A stretch of DNA of 64,000 nt from Pseudomonadota bacterium (lineage in GTDB: Bacteria > Pseudomonadota > Gammaproteobacteria > Eutrophobiales > Eutrophobiaceae): assembly GCA_038142205.1 (NCBI GenBank), contig JAYQJO010000001.1:1205415-1269414 (forward strand), written 5' to 3'. This document shows positions 9,576 through 18,397 of the stretch, piece after piece. The translations under genes were made by a program, and so were the position numbers. Below the pieces are notes generated by a model. The model saw nothing but the letters and a program-made list of their open reading frames with translations, was not told the origin of the DNA and made no database searches. Each line of letters starts with the position of its first letter. Position 1 is the stretch's first letter.

Positions 9576-9878
9576 TTATAAATGTTTCTCGAAATAGAAC
9601 CTGACGTAGTCCTTGGTATTTTCTATCTTGCCAGCAAAGGAACTCAGATTGATTTCCAGTTCACGCATTTCAAAAGAGTGCCCAAGTATTTCTTCCATGG
9701 TTTCTTTGCGTAAGATACATTCATCTTCAACAGAGATACGTAGATAGGCCATTTTGTCATCGACGATAACTTCCTTACCCGGGTTATCTATCTCCATCGC
9801 TTCTGCGACAGCATCAGCTATTTCACCGGCTCTGACGACAGGCCCGACCATATTGTTTAATGATGCATCTTGGCTCAT
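9576..9878 (-). CDS. tmoD: Monooxygenase effector/coupling protein (TmoD, MmoB family)
   Basis: 100 aa, MmoB/DmpM-family size and sequence, in T4MO gene order. Confidence 0.8.
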   Translation of the reverse strand: MSQDASLNNMVGPVVRAGEIADAVAEAMEIDNPGKEVIVDDKMAYLRISVEDECILRKETMEEILGHSFEMRELEINLSSFAGKIENTKDYVRFYFEKHL

Positions 9879-9914
9879 TTATTTAATCCTCATTTTTTTG
9901 TTGTTTGATCGTTA

Positions 9915-10253
9915 TTAGGCTGGTGCAACGTAAGGTGTCACACCTTCTATATCCACCAAAACATCATCACCCTCAACCTTGATTGGATACTGAGACAATT
10001 TGCAATCAACCGGGTTAATTCCCTTACCATTCGAGCAATCAAACTGCCATAAATGTGCTCTGCAAGTCAGTTGTTTACCATCAAACTCACCTTCAACTAA
10101 AGGAATATCCTGATGTGGGCACATAGCCTGATACGCTTTAACATCACCGCCATCAATCACAGTGATCAATACTTCAGTATTGTCTGTTGTTTCGAAGACC
10201 TCCATTTCACCTTCCCAAACATCATCCAGGGTACATATTTTTTCAAATGCCAT
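9915..10253 (-). CDS. tmoC: Rieske ferredoxin of toluene monooxygenase (TmoC)
   Basis: 112 aa with CPHQ...CRAHLWQF Rieske motifs, in T4MO gene order. Confidence 0.85.
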   Translation of the reverse strand: MAFEKICTLDDVWEGEMEVFETTDNTEVLITVIDGGDVKAYQAMCPHQDIPLVEGEFDGKQLTCRAHLWQFDCSNGKGINPVDCKLSQYPIKVEGDDVLVDIEGVTPYVAPA

Positions 10254-10272
10254 GTTTTATCTCTTTTCCTTA

Positions 10273-10531
10273 TCATTCATCAGCAAAAATAATGTCGATT
10301 GTTTCAGTTGGCTCTAACCCTGAATCAGCGACCTTCATATCTCTCGGAAAGAAATCATCAGCACCTTGTTTCCTGACTCTTAATATCTTGTCAGGTTGTG
10401 GTGCAACTCTACGACCAATCGAAATGCGCTGCTGCTGCAGCAACTTCATCCATGGTGTTTTCTGTATCGACTGGCACAAGTTGAATCACAAAGTCATGTT
10501 CAAAATTTGAAAGTAATGGAAATGCAGCCAT
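10273..10531 (-). CDS. tmoB: Toluene-4-monooxygenase gamma subunit (TmoB), frameshifted by one base at A3 run 10426-10428
   Basis: Two frames together recapitulate TmoB: MAAFPLLSNFEHDFVIQLVPVDTENTMDEVAAAAAH in one frame, then ISIGRRVAPQPDKILRVRKQ...FPRDMKVADSGLEPTETIDIIF in the other. An AGGAGA ribosome-binding site precedes ATG at 10531. Confidence 0.75.
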
Positions 10532-10558
10532 CAGTGTCTCCTGTATATCTGTATTTAA

Positions 10559-12060
10559 TTAACCGGCTTTTTTATGCGCCATTTCTTTATAAATGTTTGC
10601 CCATTCCAAACCATAGGCATCATCACCAATCTCACCCGGCGCCAGACTCATGTACTTCAGCGCTCCACTGAGATCCATGGGTTCCATCATCCCCGCCAGG
10701 AAGCGATCGATAAAACTCAGATGATCCGCATAGCGTTCTGGTTCCTGTTCAAAACACCAGCGATCCGGTTCAGAACCAAAATGATATAAACGATCTTTAT
10801 ACTTGAGAGGATAATCTTTGACATTCCAGCCATTACCTGGTGAACCCACAATGGGTATATTCGACATATTGCATATTGCAGGTAGAGTTTCCGGCAAAGT
10901 AAGCTCAACTTTATCATTGACCAAGTTATCGATAATGACATCCCAACACTTGCCAAATGTATCGTTCCAACCAGGATATTTTTCTTCCAGCCATTCTCGT
11001 TCATCCGGGTTTACACCGGCACGAGGATTCCACCAAACCGTAGGGCGCCAATACCAAACACCCATATGCATACCATGGTGAGTTTCATCGAGATCTCGTA
11101 AAAACTGATCCCAATACCAGGGTTTATCCAGGCCAAGATCGAGAATACTGCGTTCAAACTGCCCGACTATCCATTCTTCCATAAACTCTTTAAAAGACTG
11201 GCTTCGATGTTCAAGGGGTGTGTAGTAGTCCATCATGGGTCCCGTCAACACAGAAAACAATTTCCATGAACGCCAAAAAGCAATATCTATCAATCTCTGG
11301 GCATCGGCTTTTTTACCTTTTTCCACCAACAACTTGACCATTGGGCCACCCTGCTGAGCGTGACGTGATTCATCGGTCTGTATACTTGAGATTAAACTTG
11401 AAAATGTATGGTCACCGGCCTCCGAAGCATCAGCGGCTAAGCCCAGAAACTGCATATTGGTAAAACCTGTTTCAAAAGCAAACGTCAGCATAATACCCAT
11501 ACTGATCGCATCGCGGCTATGAATGATATCTTCAAAAAAATGCCTGCCAGCCAAAGCTGCCCATTCATTAGTATGTAATGCTTTTTGTGCCCAATCCCAT
11601 TTTCTATCCAAATTGCAGTTGGCATGTGGAAAAAACAATTGAAGTTGAGCATGACGAGTTTCATCCATCATGCCAAACGTGGCCATGTTACGGTTACCCG
11701 GCGCCTTGGAAAACGCGCCATTCTACCTTCGCCAACAATTGCGCCATATTCAGCCAAAGCTAAAGCACCATAATGTGCTTGTAGAATACTGATCCAGCCT
11801 GGATCAGCACGATCAAGAAATTTATCACGCGCTAATGCCGCTTTTACTGAATAAGCACCCGCATCTTTTTCACGTTGGGTCTCAACGTATTCAGGATAAG
11901 TCACTTTGTAAGGCTCATCATAGGTTTCCCAATCCTCAATTGAAATTCCGCGATGACCTGACATTTCCTCAGGAAATAATTCATCCTCAGTGACATATTT
12001 CGGCGTCCAGTTGGTTGCCCTTAATAAATCATACCATTCTGTTCTTTCGATCATGGCCAT
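10559..12060 (-). CDS. tmoA: Toluene-4-monooxygenase hydroxylase alpha subunit (TmoA), split into track ORFs 11668..12060 and 10559..11686 by a one-base error in A4 run 11710-11713
   Basis: The N-terminal ORF (MAMIERTEWYDLLRATNWTPKYVTEDELFPE...GEGRMARF) and the C-terminal ORF (MATFGMMDETRHAQLQLFFPH...) are colinear with TmoA. Diiron ligand motifs E..H are present. The frames rejoin if observed cgttttcc is read as cgtttttcc. Confidence 0.85.
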
Positions 12061-12131
12061 GGTTGTTATCCTCTCATTACCTTTTTTAATTTTCTAACTA
12101 TGTAATTAATATTTTGACATTAACTGTCGAT

Positions 12132-12322
12132 TTACTTACCAAGTTCCTTGGCCGATTTTCCAGCGATACCAAAATGCGATTTTGGTACTTCATTTAAAAT
12201 GACTCGAATACTTTCCCTGGGTGCGCCCAAACTTTCCTCTATTGCATCAGTGATGCTTGCAATTAAGTTTGCTTTTTCTCATCGTCTCTGCCTTCCATGA
12301 TGGTGATATTTGCTATGGGCAT
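12132..12322 (-). CDS. 4-oxalocrotonate tautomerase (DmpI/XylH family, ~63 aa), frameshifted at 12265-12266; not in the ORF track
   Basis: Reverse strand reads MPIANITIMEGRDDEKKQT then, in the other frame, LIASITDAIEESLGAPRESIRVILNEVPKSHFGIAGKSAKELGK. The N-terminal Pro1 after Met and the overall pattern match 4-OT. Confidence 0.7.
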
Positions 12323-12349
12323 ATTTTCAATCTCGTATATATAATTTAA

Positions 12350-13416
12350 TTAAATATTTTTAAATAACGGGCTTTTCGGTTTTTCATCTTTCGAGGCATT
12401 AGTATAGAAATGCTCCATGAATAAATGCTTTTCAAACAGACGTCCTTGCATCAAGGTCGTTATACAAGCATCTATCATTGGGGGTGGCCCACACATGTAG
12501 GCTTTATTGCCTTCAAACTTTCCATCATAAATAGAATTGGCAACTTCATGCACCATGCCTCGTTCACCTTGCCAGTCACTGTCTTCCGGTTCTTCTGATA
12601 AAGCGGGTATATATCTGAAATTTTCATGTTCTTCTGCTAATGCTTCGAACACTTCCCGGTAATACAACTCCTGTTGATTTCTTGCACCATAAATCAAAGT
12701 GATCTCTCTTTGCTCACCTTTTTCAAACTGATCCAGAATCATCGATTTTGGACTGGACAGACCTGATCCTCCTGCCAAAAATAACATCGGCTCAGGTGCA
12801 GAGTTACGCACAAAGAAACGACCATAAGGTCCTGAAAAATTTAATTCATCACCCACTTTTAATTGTTCATGGATATACGTTGTACCTGCACCACCCTGTA
12901 CCAGTGAAATATTCAGTTCGACAATTGAATTCTCAGAAGGAGAATTAGCAATAGAAAATGCACGAGCTGGTCCTGCAATTCCTGGAATTTCCAGATTAAT
13001 ATAATGACCGGCTTGAAATTCAATGGAGTCATTTTCTATCTCGAGAAAAATACCTTTGATTCTTGATTTAAATCGGTGATCTCAATCACCTTCGCTTTAA
13101 AATCTCTTACCTGATGTGATTCCGCATCAGGGTCTTCTTCGACGTCTGCTTCAATCACCAAGTCAGACGTTGGTGTGGCACAGCACGCCAAACATTTACC
13201 TTCACCTTTTTCCATATCCATCAAGGCAAATGGCGAAGCCTCGCCATGTTCAATATCACCTTCAAGCACATCGACTTTACAAGTGGCACATAAACCATGG
13301 CCACATGCATACGGTAGATAAATTCCAGCTCTTAATGAAGCATCAAGAATGGTTTGACCTTCTTCGACCTCAATAATCTCGCCCAAAGGTTCAATTTCAA
13401 CCTGATAAGTCAACAT
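12350..13416 (-). CDS. dmpP: Phenol hydroxylase reductase component (DmpP-like; 2Fe-2S ferredoxin plus FNR domains), frameshifted at A5 run 13046-13050
   Basis: N-terminal ORF 13036..13416 (ferredoxin domain CGHGLCATCKV) and C-terminal ORF 12350..12856 (GPYGRFFVR, AGGSGLSSP, CGPPPM) are colinear with DmpP. The middle segment reads correctly in a third frame (IEFQAGHYINLEIPG...). Confidence 0.85.
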
Positions 13417-13776
13417 TTAATTTCCATAGCCTTTCACACCATTTAAATCAGGTGTAATAAATCTTAATAATGATTTATGTCCAAAACCGTTGTCTTTTAA
13501 ACTGGCGCTTGTATCTGGTGTGAAATCTTCATCATCAAGAATCCAGTTGACGTTATCCCACTTTACTTTTTCATATTCTGGATGAGCCGAAAAAATACTC
13601 GGGATCACTTCCTCCAGCAAAGCACCAAAAGGCATCTCTGGTGGTAATGGAAAGGCTAATGCTGCAGTAAATAGATTGTGATTATCCCAATGGATATAGA
13701 CCAACTGATTTCCATGAAAATTTTCTACAGCATCTTTGTTAATATCGACGTAATCGCCTAAGGGGTTAATTGCCAT
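13417..13776 (-). CDS. dmpO: Phenol hydroxylase component P4 (DmpO, gamma subunit)
   Basis: 119 aa with VENFHG, PLPPEMPFG, HPEYEKVKWD motifs as recalled from DmpO. Confidence 0.85.
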   Translation of the reverse strand: MAINPLGDYVDINKDAVENFHGNQLVYIHWDNHNLFTAALAFPLPPEMPFGALLEEVIPSIFSAHPEYEKVKWDNVNWILDDEDFTPDTSASLKDNGFGHKSLLRFITPDLNGVKGYGN

Positions 13777-13788
13777 TATTTTATTCTC

Positions 13789-15318
13789 CTAGCCTGTAGC
13801 CACGTCGCCTTGTTTATCTTCACCCTTCCATTCCTGCCAGCGTTTGTGATCTGGTGAACCGACATATTCCAGATTATCTTCACCATCATTTAGATGGTAA
13901 TAATTCAGGACATCTGACAATTCAGCACCGCCACAATTACCCTGGAATATCTGATGAACTGGCAACCATGATTGAGTATATTTTTCTGGTTCATTCTCAA
14001 ACACATCTTTACAGCCATCAGAACAAGTGTGATATCGATCGCCCTTGTACATTGAAACGCGACGACTGATCTTCATTGGGTCAGACATGACTTCTGTAAA
14101 GAACATCGGTATCTGACAGGTCTGGCAAAGCTGCGGAAGACCCTTAACATAGTGTCGTTCGCCGGCTTTTTCCATCTCGCGCCATTGTTCAAAACGTGGA
14201 CGATAATACTGATCGAAGGTATTTGGATATTTTTCTGATAGCCAATCCATTTTCTTATCATCTGGCACCCAGGTATGGAATGCAGCTGCATGAGTGAAAT
14301 TATACAAATCACTCCAGGTCTGATGACTTAAATGTTCTGACTCAGCCGTAGCCAATTCATGATGTTTAGGCATACGTAAACCATAACGAGACAAGTCATT
14401 AAACAGAGCACCCATGTTTTCGACAAAATAGACTTGCCAGGCTTCGCCCCATGACATAGGAGAGTTGGGCAACATGTAATCCTGCATAGCAGAGATCAAT
14501 GCCAGTAAGCGATAGGCGCGCCAGAAATGTTTATCAATGTAACCCTGGATGATGGGCAGATTGTCTTCATGCTGTTCAACCATGAATTTTATAATCTCAA
14601 GACCTAATGTCATATGACGGGCTTCGTCAGACTGTGCTGAAAATCCAAAGGTCACCGTTGCCATATCACCGTTATAAGCCGCACCTGACATAAAAGGCAC
14701 GAACAACAGATTGGTCAATACATATTCAAATGAAAATGAAACCGAGGTAATAAACTCAAACGGTCCTGCTGTCATTGCATCTTCAAAATAGGATTTGGGT
14801 ACAGATAGATACCAGACACGGTCAAACTGATGAAACGCATCATGCATACCATTAAAGTGTTTATTGTAATGACTTAAGGTATGTAGTTGTGTCTGGCAAT
14901 GACGTAGTTCATCGATGGCCTGCATCTGGCAGGCAACCCGAGTGCCTTCACCACGGAAATGTCGGCCCAGGTGTGCGTAATGGCGATGTGCACCATATTC
15001 CAGAGGCGTGACACCCTGGATAAACAGTTTCAGGGCATTGACATAACGGGCATCAGAAACATTCAAATGACCATTATTCTGTGCAAAGCTATCGATAATG
15101 GCATAGAGTTTTTTCTCTTTTTCTGCCTGATATTTCCAGTATGCATCCACTGTTAAACGAAATGGATCTTCCCAGCCAGACCAGTCTTTAATTTTTATGC
15201 CTTCAAACTTATCGTAAGGAAAAACTTTATCCATCGGCTGATAAGTCGTGTCCCAACCCATACCACGGGTGAGAACTTCATAGCGTTTACGCATATTTAA
15301 TTTTTTCTTTGCTGCCAT
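13789..15318 (-). CDS. dmpN: Phenol hydroxylase component P3 (DmpN, diiron hydroxylase alpha subunit)
   Basis: 509 aa with diiron ExxH motifs (AIDELRH, SDEARH) and overall DmpN colinearity. Confidence 0.9.
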   Translation of the reverse strand: MAAKKKLNMRKRYEVLTRGMGWDTTYQPMDKVFPYDKFEGIKIKDWSGWEDPFRLTVDAYWKYQAEKEKKLYAIIDSFAQNNGHLNVSDARYVNALKLFIQGVTPLEYGAHRHYAHLGRHFRGEGTRVACQMQAIDELRHCQTQLHTLSHYNKHFNGMHDAFHQFDRVWYLSVPKSYFEDAMTAGPFEFITSVSFSFEYVLTNLLFVPFMSGAAYNGDMATVTFGFSAQSDEARHMTLGLEIIKFMVEQHEDNLPIIQGYIDKHFWRAYRLLALISAMQDYMLPNSPMSWGEAWQVYFVENMGALFNDLSRYGLRMPKHHELATAESEHLSHQTWSDLYNFTHAAAFHTWVPDDKKMDWLSEKYPNTFDQYYRPRFEQWREMEKAGERHYVKGLPQLCQTCQIPMFFTEVMSDPMKISRRVSMYKGDRYHTCSDGCKDVFENEPEKYTQSWLPVHQIFQGNCGGAELSDVLNYYHLNDGEDNLEYVGSPDHKRWQEWKGEDKQGDVATG

Positions 15319-15341
15319 ATTAATTCTCCAATATTGTCTGA

Positions 15342-15614
15342 TCAGCTAAGCCAGCTTAAAGCAAAATAATCATCGTCTTCATCGATATTGCCACTCAAGG
15401 AAACCAGATTAAGTTGTAATTCCATCGGATCCCAATCCTGCCCTTTAAATTCAGACACACTGTCGCGATTCACCACCAATCTCCCGGGAGATTCTATACG
15501 CACCATGCCCGGTTGGTAGTCTATCGTTGCATCTTGATTATCCTGTTCAATCGCCTCAATAATTGGTCGAGCATCTTCATTATCTTGTAAAATTAGAAAA
15601 ACATTGTCAGTCAT
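15342..15614 (-). CDS. dmpM: Phenol hydroxylase component P2 (DmpM, regulatory/effector protein, MmoB family)
   Basis: 90 aa acidic MmoB-like protein between the P1 and P3 genes. Confidence 0.85.
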   Translation of the reverse strand: MTDNVFLILQDNEDARPIIEAIEQDNQDATIDYQPGMVRIESPGRLVVNRDSVSEFKGQDWDPMELQLNLVSLSGNIDEDDDYFALSWLS

Positions 15615-15625
15615 GCCATTCCCCT

Positions 15626-16624
15626 TTATATATTGAGTCCCTGTTTAGACAGGCGCTCCAGCAATTGTTGTTTAACTTCATTCACAGCGACATCGCCATC
15701 ACCTGCAAAAGCAGCCTGGCCTATCGGCATTAAAGCTTCCGTCAGGCGGTCAGCCCATTTAGTTGTCCATTGTGTAAGTAAAGCAGCATTTTCTGGTGAC
15801 TCGTTTGCTGTGACTTTGATTAAGGCATTGGTCCAACGTACTGTTTCTGCATACCAGTCCGACATAAATTCAGTGAGCATGGCGAAGGTAGAACCACCTT
15901 CACGAGTTAATTCGTCTACAAAACGTTCGAACATAAGTGGATAGATCAGTCCATCCATAACAACATTTTGCGCCACCATAATTTCGAACCAGTCATCTAA
16001 AACAAACGTGTCCTCAACAGCATGTCGTAATTCTTGCCAGATATCTTCGTTCAACCAGGCTTCTTTGGCCGATTCAAGTGAAGTGGTTTCATTGCCATCA
16101 ACCATCAAGCCAATGCGACTGATATACTGCGCCAGTCCCAAACGATCAATTGCATTGAACATTGTCACCTGAGTAATAGCCGTGCCATAACCAAAATCGG
16201 TGATCGCGCAATTATTCATATTCGCGCCCCATTCAACATGACGTAGCGGAACAAGAAAATCGCGTACTTTTTGTTTGACTTCGTGAGATATTGATTCCAT
16301 CGTGTCACGTTTTTCTACGAAGTTATAATTACTTTCAGCTACTTCCTGTTGTTTTGAGCGAGCAATCGTGTAAGCACCATAATAAAACTGACGTGGATCC
16401 TTAAAGTCATACCAGTTCTTCATGACGATTGCAGTGCGACTTTCATCATAAACTTCATGTTCGGGATCCCAGAGAGGACGATAATGAAAATTAGTTGTCG
16501 GTTGAATACCAATAGTGGCTTCCTGATATCGAGAAGCAGGTTTGCCTTCGCCGATATGTCGTGCAACTTGATCGTAGGTTTCTCGAATCGGTTCTATTGT
16601 TTTTGCTGAAATTTCCAGACTCAT
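15626..16624 (-). CDS. dmpL: Phenol hydroxylase component P1 (DmpL, beta subunit)
   Basis: 332 aa beta-subunit-like sequence in dmp gene order. Confidence 0.85.
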   Translation of the reverse strand: MSLEISAKTIEPIRETYDQVARHIGEGKPASRYQEATIGIQPTTNFHYRPLWDPEHEVYDESRTAIVMKNWYDFKDPRQFYYGAYTIARSKQQEVAESNYNFVEKRDTMESISHEVKQKVRDFLVPLRHVEWGANMNNCAITDFGYGTAITQVTMFNAIDRLGLAQYISRIGLMVDGNETTSLESAKEAWLNEDIWQELRHAVEDTFVLDDWFEIMVAQNVVMDGLIYPLMFERFVDELTREGGSTFAMLTEFMSDWYAETVRWTNALIKVTANESPENAALLTQWTTKWADRLTEALMPIGQAAFAGDGDVAVNEVKQQLLERLSKQGLNI

Positions 16625-16667
16625 ATATCTATTTCCCGTATTTTAATTCTGTTATTAAAGCTTGCTA

Positions 16668-16949
16668 TTACTCATCGTCCCCAGTTAAACCATTACGCCA
16701 TTTGAGTTGGTCATAATCGACTTGTGCACATTGTTTAGTGGTTAATTCTTTGGCTTCATTACGCTTACAAAATTTTCTGAAATGTTCAAACGGCATCATT
16801 AATTCAACAAATAGCGTCGGATCCCCGATAGAAAAATTAAATTCTACAAATTTTTTATCCCGCACACCGGTGACTCTGACGTAGCGTTGATTATGGTTAT
16901 CGAATGAATCTCTCGTTGACACAATGTTTTTATTTATTGTATATACCAT
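16668..16949 (-). CDS. dmpK: Phenol hydroxylase component P0 (DmpK, assembly protein)
   Basis: 93 aa as the first gene of the dmp operon. A GGAAAG ribosome-binding site precedes the ATG. Confidence 0.8.
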   Translation of the reverse strand: MVYTINKNIVSTRDSFDNHNQRYVRVTGVRDKKFVEFNFSIGDPTLFVELMMPFEHFRKFCKRNEAKELTTKQCAQVDYDQLKWRNGLTGDDE

Positions 16950-16988
16950 TAAATAAGTACTTTCCTACCTTAAAATTATTATTAATTA

Positions 16989-17004
16989 GCAGTTACTGTA
17001 CCAA
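16989..17004 (-). promoter_or_regulatory. Candidate sigma-54 (-24/-12) promoter for the dmp/tmo supra-operon: TGGTAC-N5-CTGC on the minus strand
   Basis: Reverse complement ttggtacagtaactgc has GG and GC elements at the correct 10-nt spacing, ~40 nt upstream of the dmpK ATG. It has one mismatch in each element versus TGGCAC-N5-TTGC. Confidence 0.35.
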
Positions 17005-17247
17005 CTATAATTAACATATTAAAATCAATAATATAACTTAAATTTAATTTAAAACTTTGGTGCTAGTTTTTATCATATGATAAATTTTATAAATACATTT
17101 AATCGGAAATTTTAACGTCAATGCCTTATTATTTCTGCCTGTTAAAATTAATAAAATTTAATTTCATGGAATAAACCTAACTACTTATATGATTACAAAA
17201 GAAAAAATAGTTTGGTATGACTACAGTATGAATAAATAAATCTAATC

Positions 17248-17262
17248 TGGCATCAAGTTTGC
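17248..17262 (+). promoter_or_regulatory. Sigma-54 (-24/-12) promoter TGGCAT-N5-TTGC upstream of the alcohol dehydrogenase gene
   Basis: tggcatcaagtttgc matches the consensus TGGCAC-N5-TTGC with correct spacing, about 60 nt upstream of ATG 17324. Confidence 0.55.
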
Positions 17263-17323
17263 GATTAATAATTGCACTTGTCCTATACAACAATAAAACA
17301 ATGATTTAATAAGGGGAGAATCC

Positions 17324-18385
17324 ATGAAAGCAGCAGTTTATTTTAATCCTGAAGATATTCATTGTACCGATATCGATAGTCCGAAAATTAGTCAAGCACA
17401 TGAAGTACTGGTCAAGGTCATTGGCACTTCTATTTGTGGATCAGACCTGCATCTCTATAGCGGAGCCATGGATCCCATAATGGAAAAAGGACAATCACAA
17501 ACCGGCCATGAGTTGATTGGTGAAGTTGTCGAAACCGGAAACAACGTTGGTAATTTTAAAACAGGCGACAGAATTTCCATGGCTTATTCCTGTTCCTGTG
17601 GTGAATGTTATATGTGTGAGGTAGGACAAACGGCACACTGTGAAACCACTCAAAAAGCCGTGTATGGATTTGGTGTCCCCTTTGGAAATATGAATGGCAC
17701 ACATGCTGAATTTTTGACCTTACCTTATGCCGATGCACACGCCATAAAAGTTCCTGATTCTATTCCTGATCAGGCTGCTTTAACACTGTCTTGTAATCTA
17801 CCCTCCGCTATCATTGCTAATAATCTGGCTGATATTCAACCGGGCGAAAATGTTGCATTGATTGGTTGTGGGCCAACCGGTTTAATGAGCCTGGAAATCG
17901 CATTACAAAAAGCTGAAGGTAATGTAGTCGCCATTGATAAACTCGCCTATCGTTTAAAAGTCGCCGAAGAAAAAGGCGCTAAAGTCATTAATAGTAGTGA
18001 GGAAGGTTGGCACGAATTGGCTATGCAACATTGTCAGGGTCGTGGTTTCGATAAGGTCATTGAAGTTGTTGGTTATCCAGAGACCCTGCAAATGGCACTG
18101 GATCTAATTCGACCCGGTGGAACCATAGCAGCAATCGGTGTGTTCTGTGGTCAGGAATTTAATCTGGTACTTGCTGATGTGTTTCTAAGAGACATCAGCC
18201 TGCATATGAATGGTTTTGCTAATGTGCAGCCTTATATGTGGGAAAGTTTAAGATTAATGGAACGTGGCGTAATTAATCCCGCTTCTCTATTCACTCATGA
18301 ATATAAACTGGATGATGTTGATAAGGCTTTTAAAACTTTTTATGAAAAATCAGATAACGTCTTAAAAGTTATGCTAAGAGCATAG
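17324..18385 (+). CDS. Zinc-dependent alcohol dehydrogenase (MDR superfamily)
   Basis: 353 aa with GTSICGSDLH, structural-Zn Cys cluster (CSCGECYMCE) and GCGPTGL Rossmann motif. Good ribosome-binding site AAGGGGAG. Confidence 0.8.
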   Translation: MKAAVYFNPEDIHCTDIDSPKISQAHEVLVKVIGTSICGSDLHLYSGAMDPIMEKGQSQTGHELIGEVVETGNNVGNFKTGDRISMAYSCSCGECYMCEVGQTAHCETTQKAVYGFGVPFGNMNGTHAEFLTLPYADAHAIKVPDSIPDQAALTLSCNLPSAIIANNLADIQPGENVALIGCGPTGLMSLEIALQKAEGNVVAIDKLAYRLKVAEEKGAKVINSSEEGWHELAMQHCQGRGFDKVIEVVGYPETLQMALDLIRPGGTIAAIGVFCGQEFNLVLADVFLRDISLHMNGFANVQPYMWESLRLMERGVINPASLFTHEYKLDDVDKAFKTFYEKSDNVLKVMLRA

Positions 18386-18397
18386 AATCTGAATTTT

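Noticed and set aside
532-16949. Interpreting the split tmoA, tmoB, dmpP and C23O genes as a decaying, non-functional catabolic island
   Set aside because: Housekeeping and polysaccharide genes are hit at the same rate, almost always at homopolymers. The flanking frames keep every conserved catalytic residue and show no other lesions. A sequencing artefact is the more parsimonious reading, although I cannot exclude real mutation without reads.
17324-18385. The alcohol dehydrogenase as a threonine or formaldehyde dehydrogenase housekeeping gene unrelated to catabolism
   Set aside because: It cannot be decided from sequence alone. It was kept as a generic Zn-ADH because it sits between the dmp promoter region and the XylR-like regulator and carries its own sigma-54 promoter.
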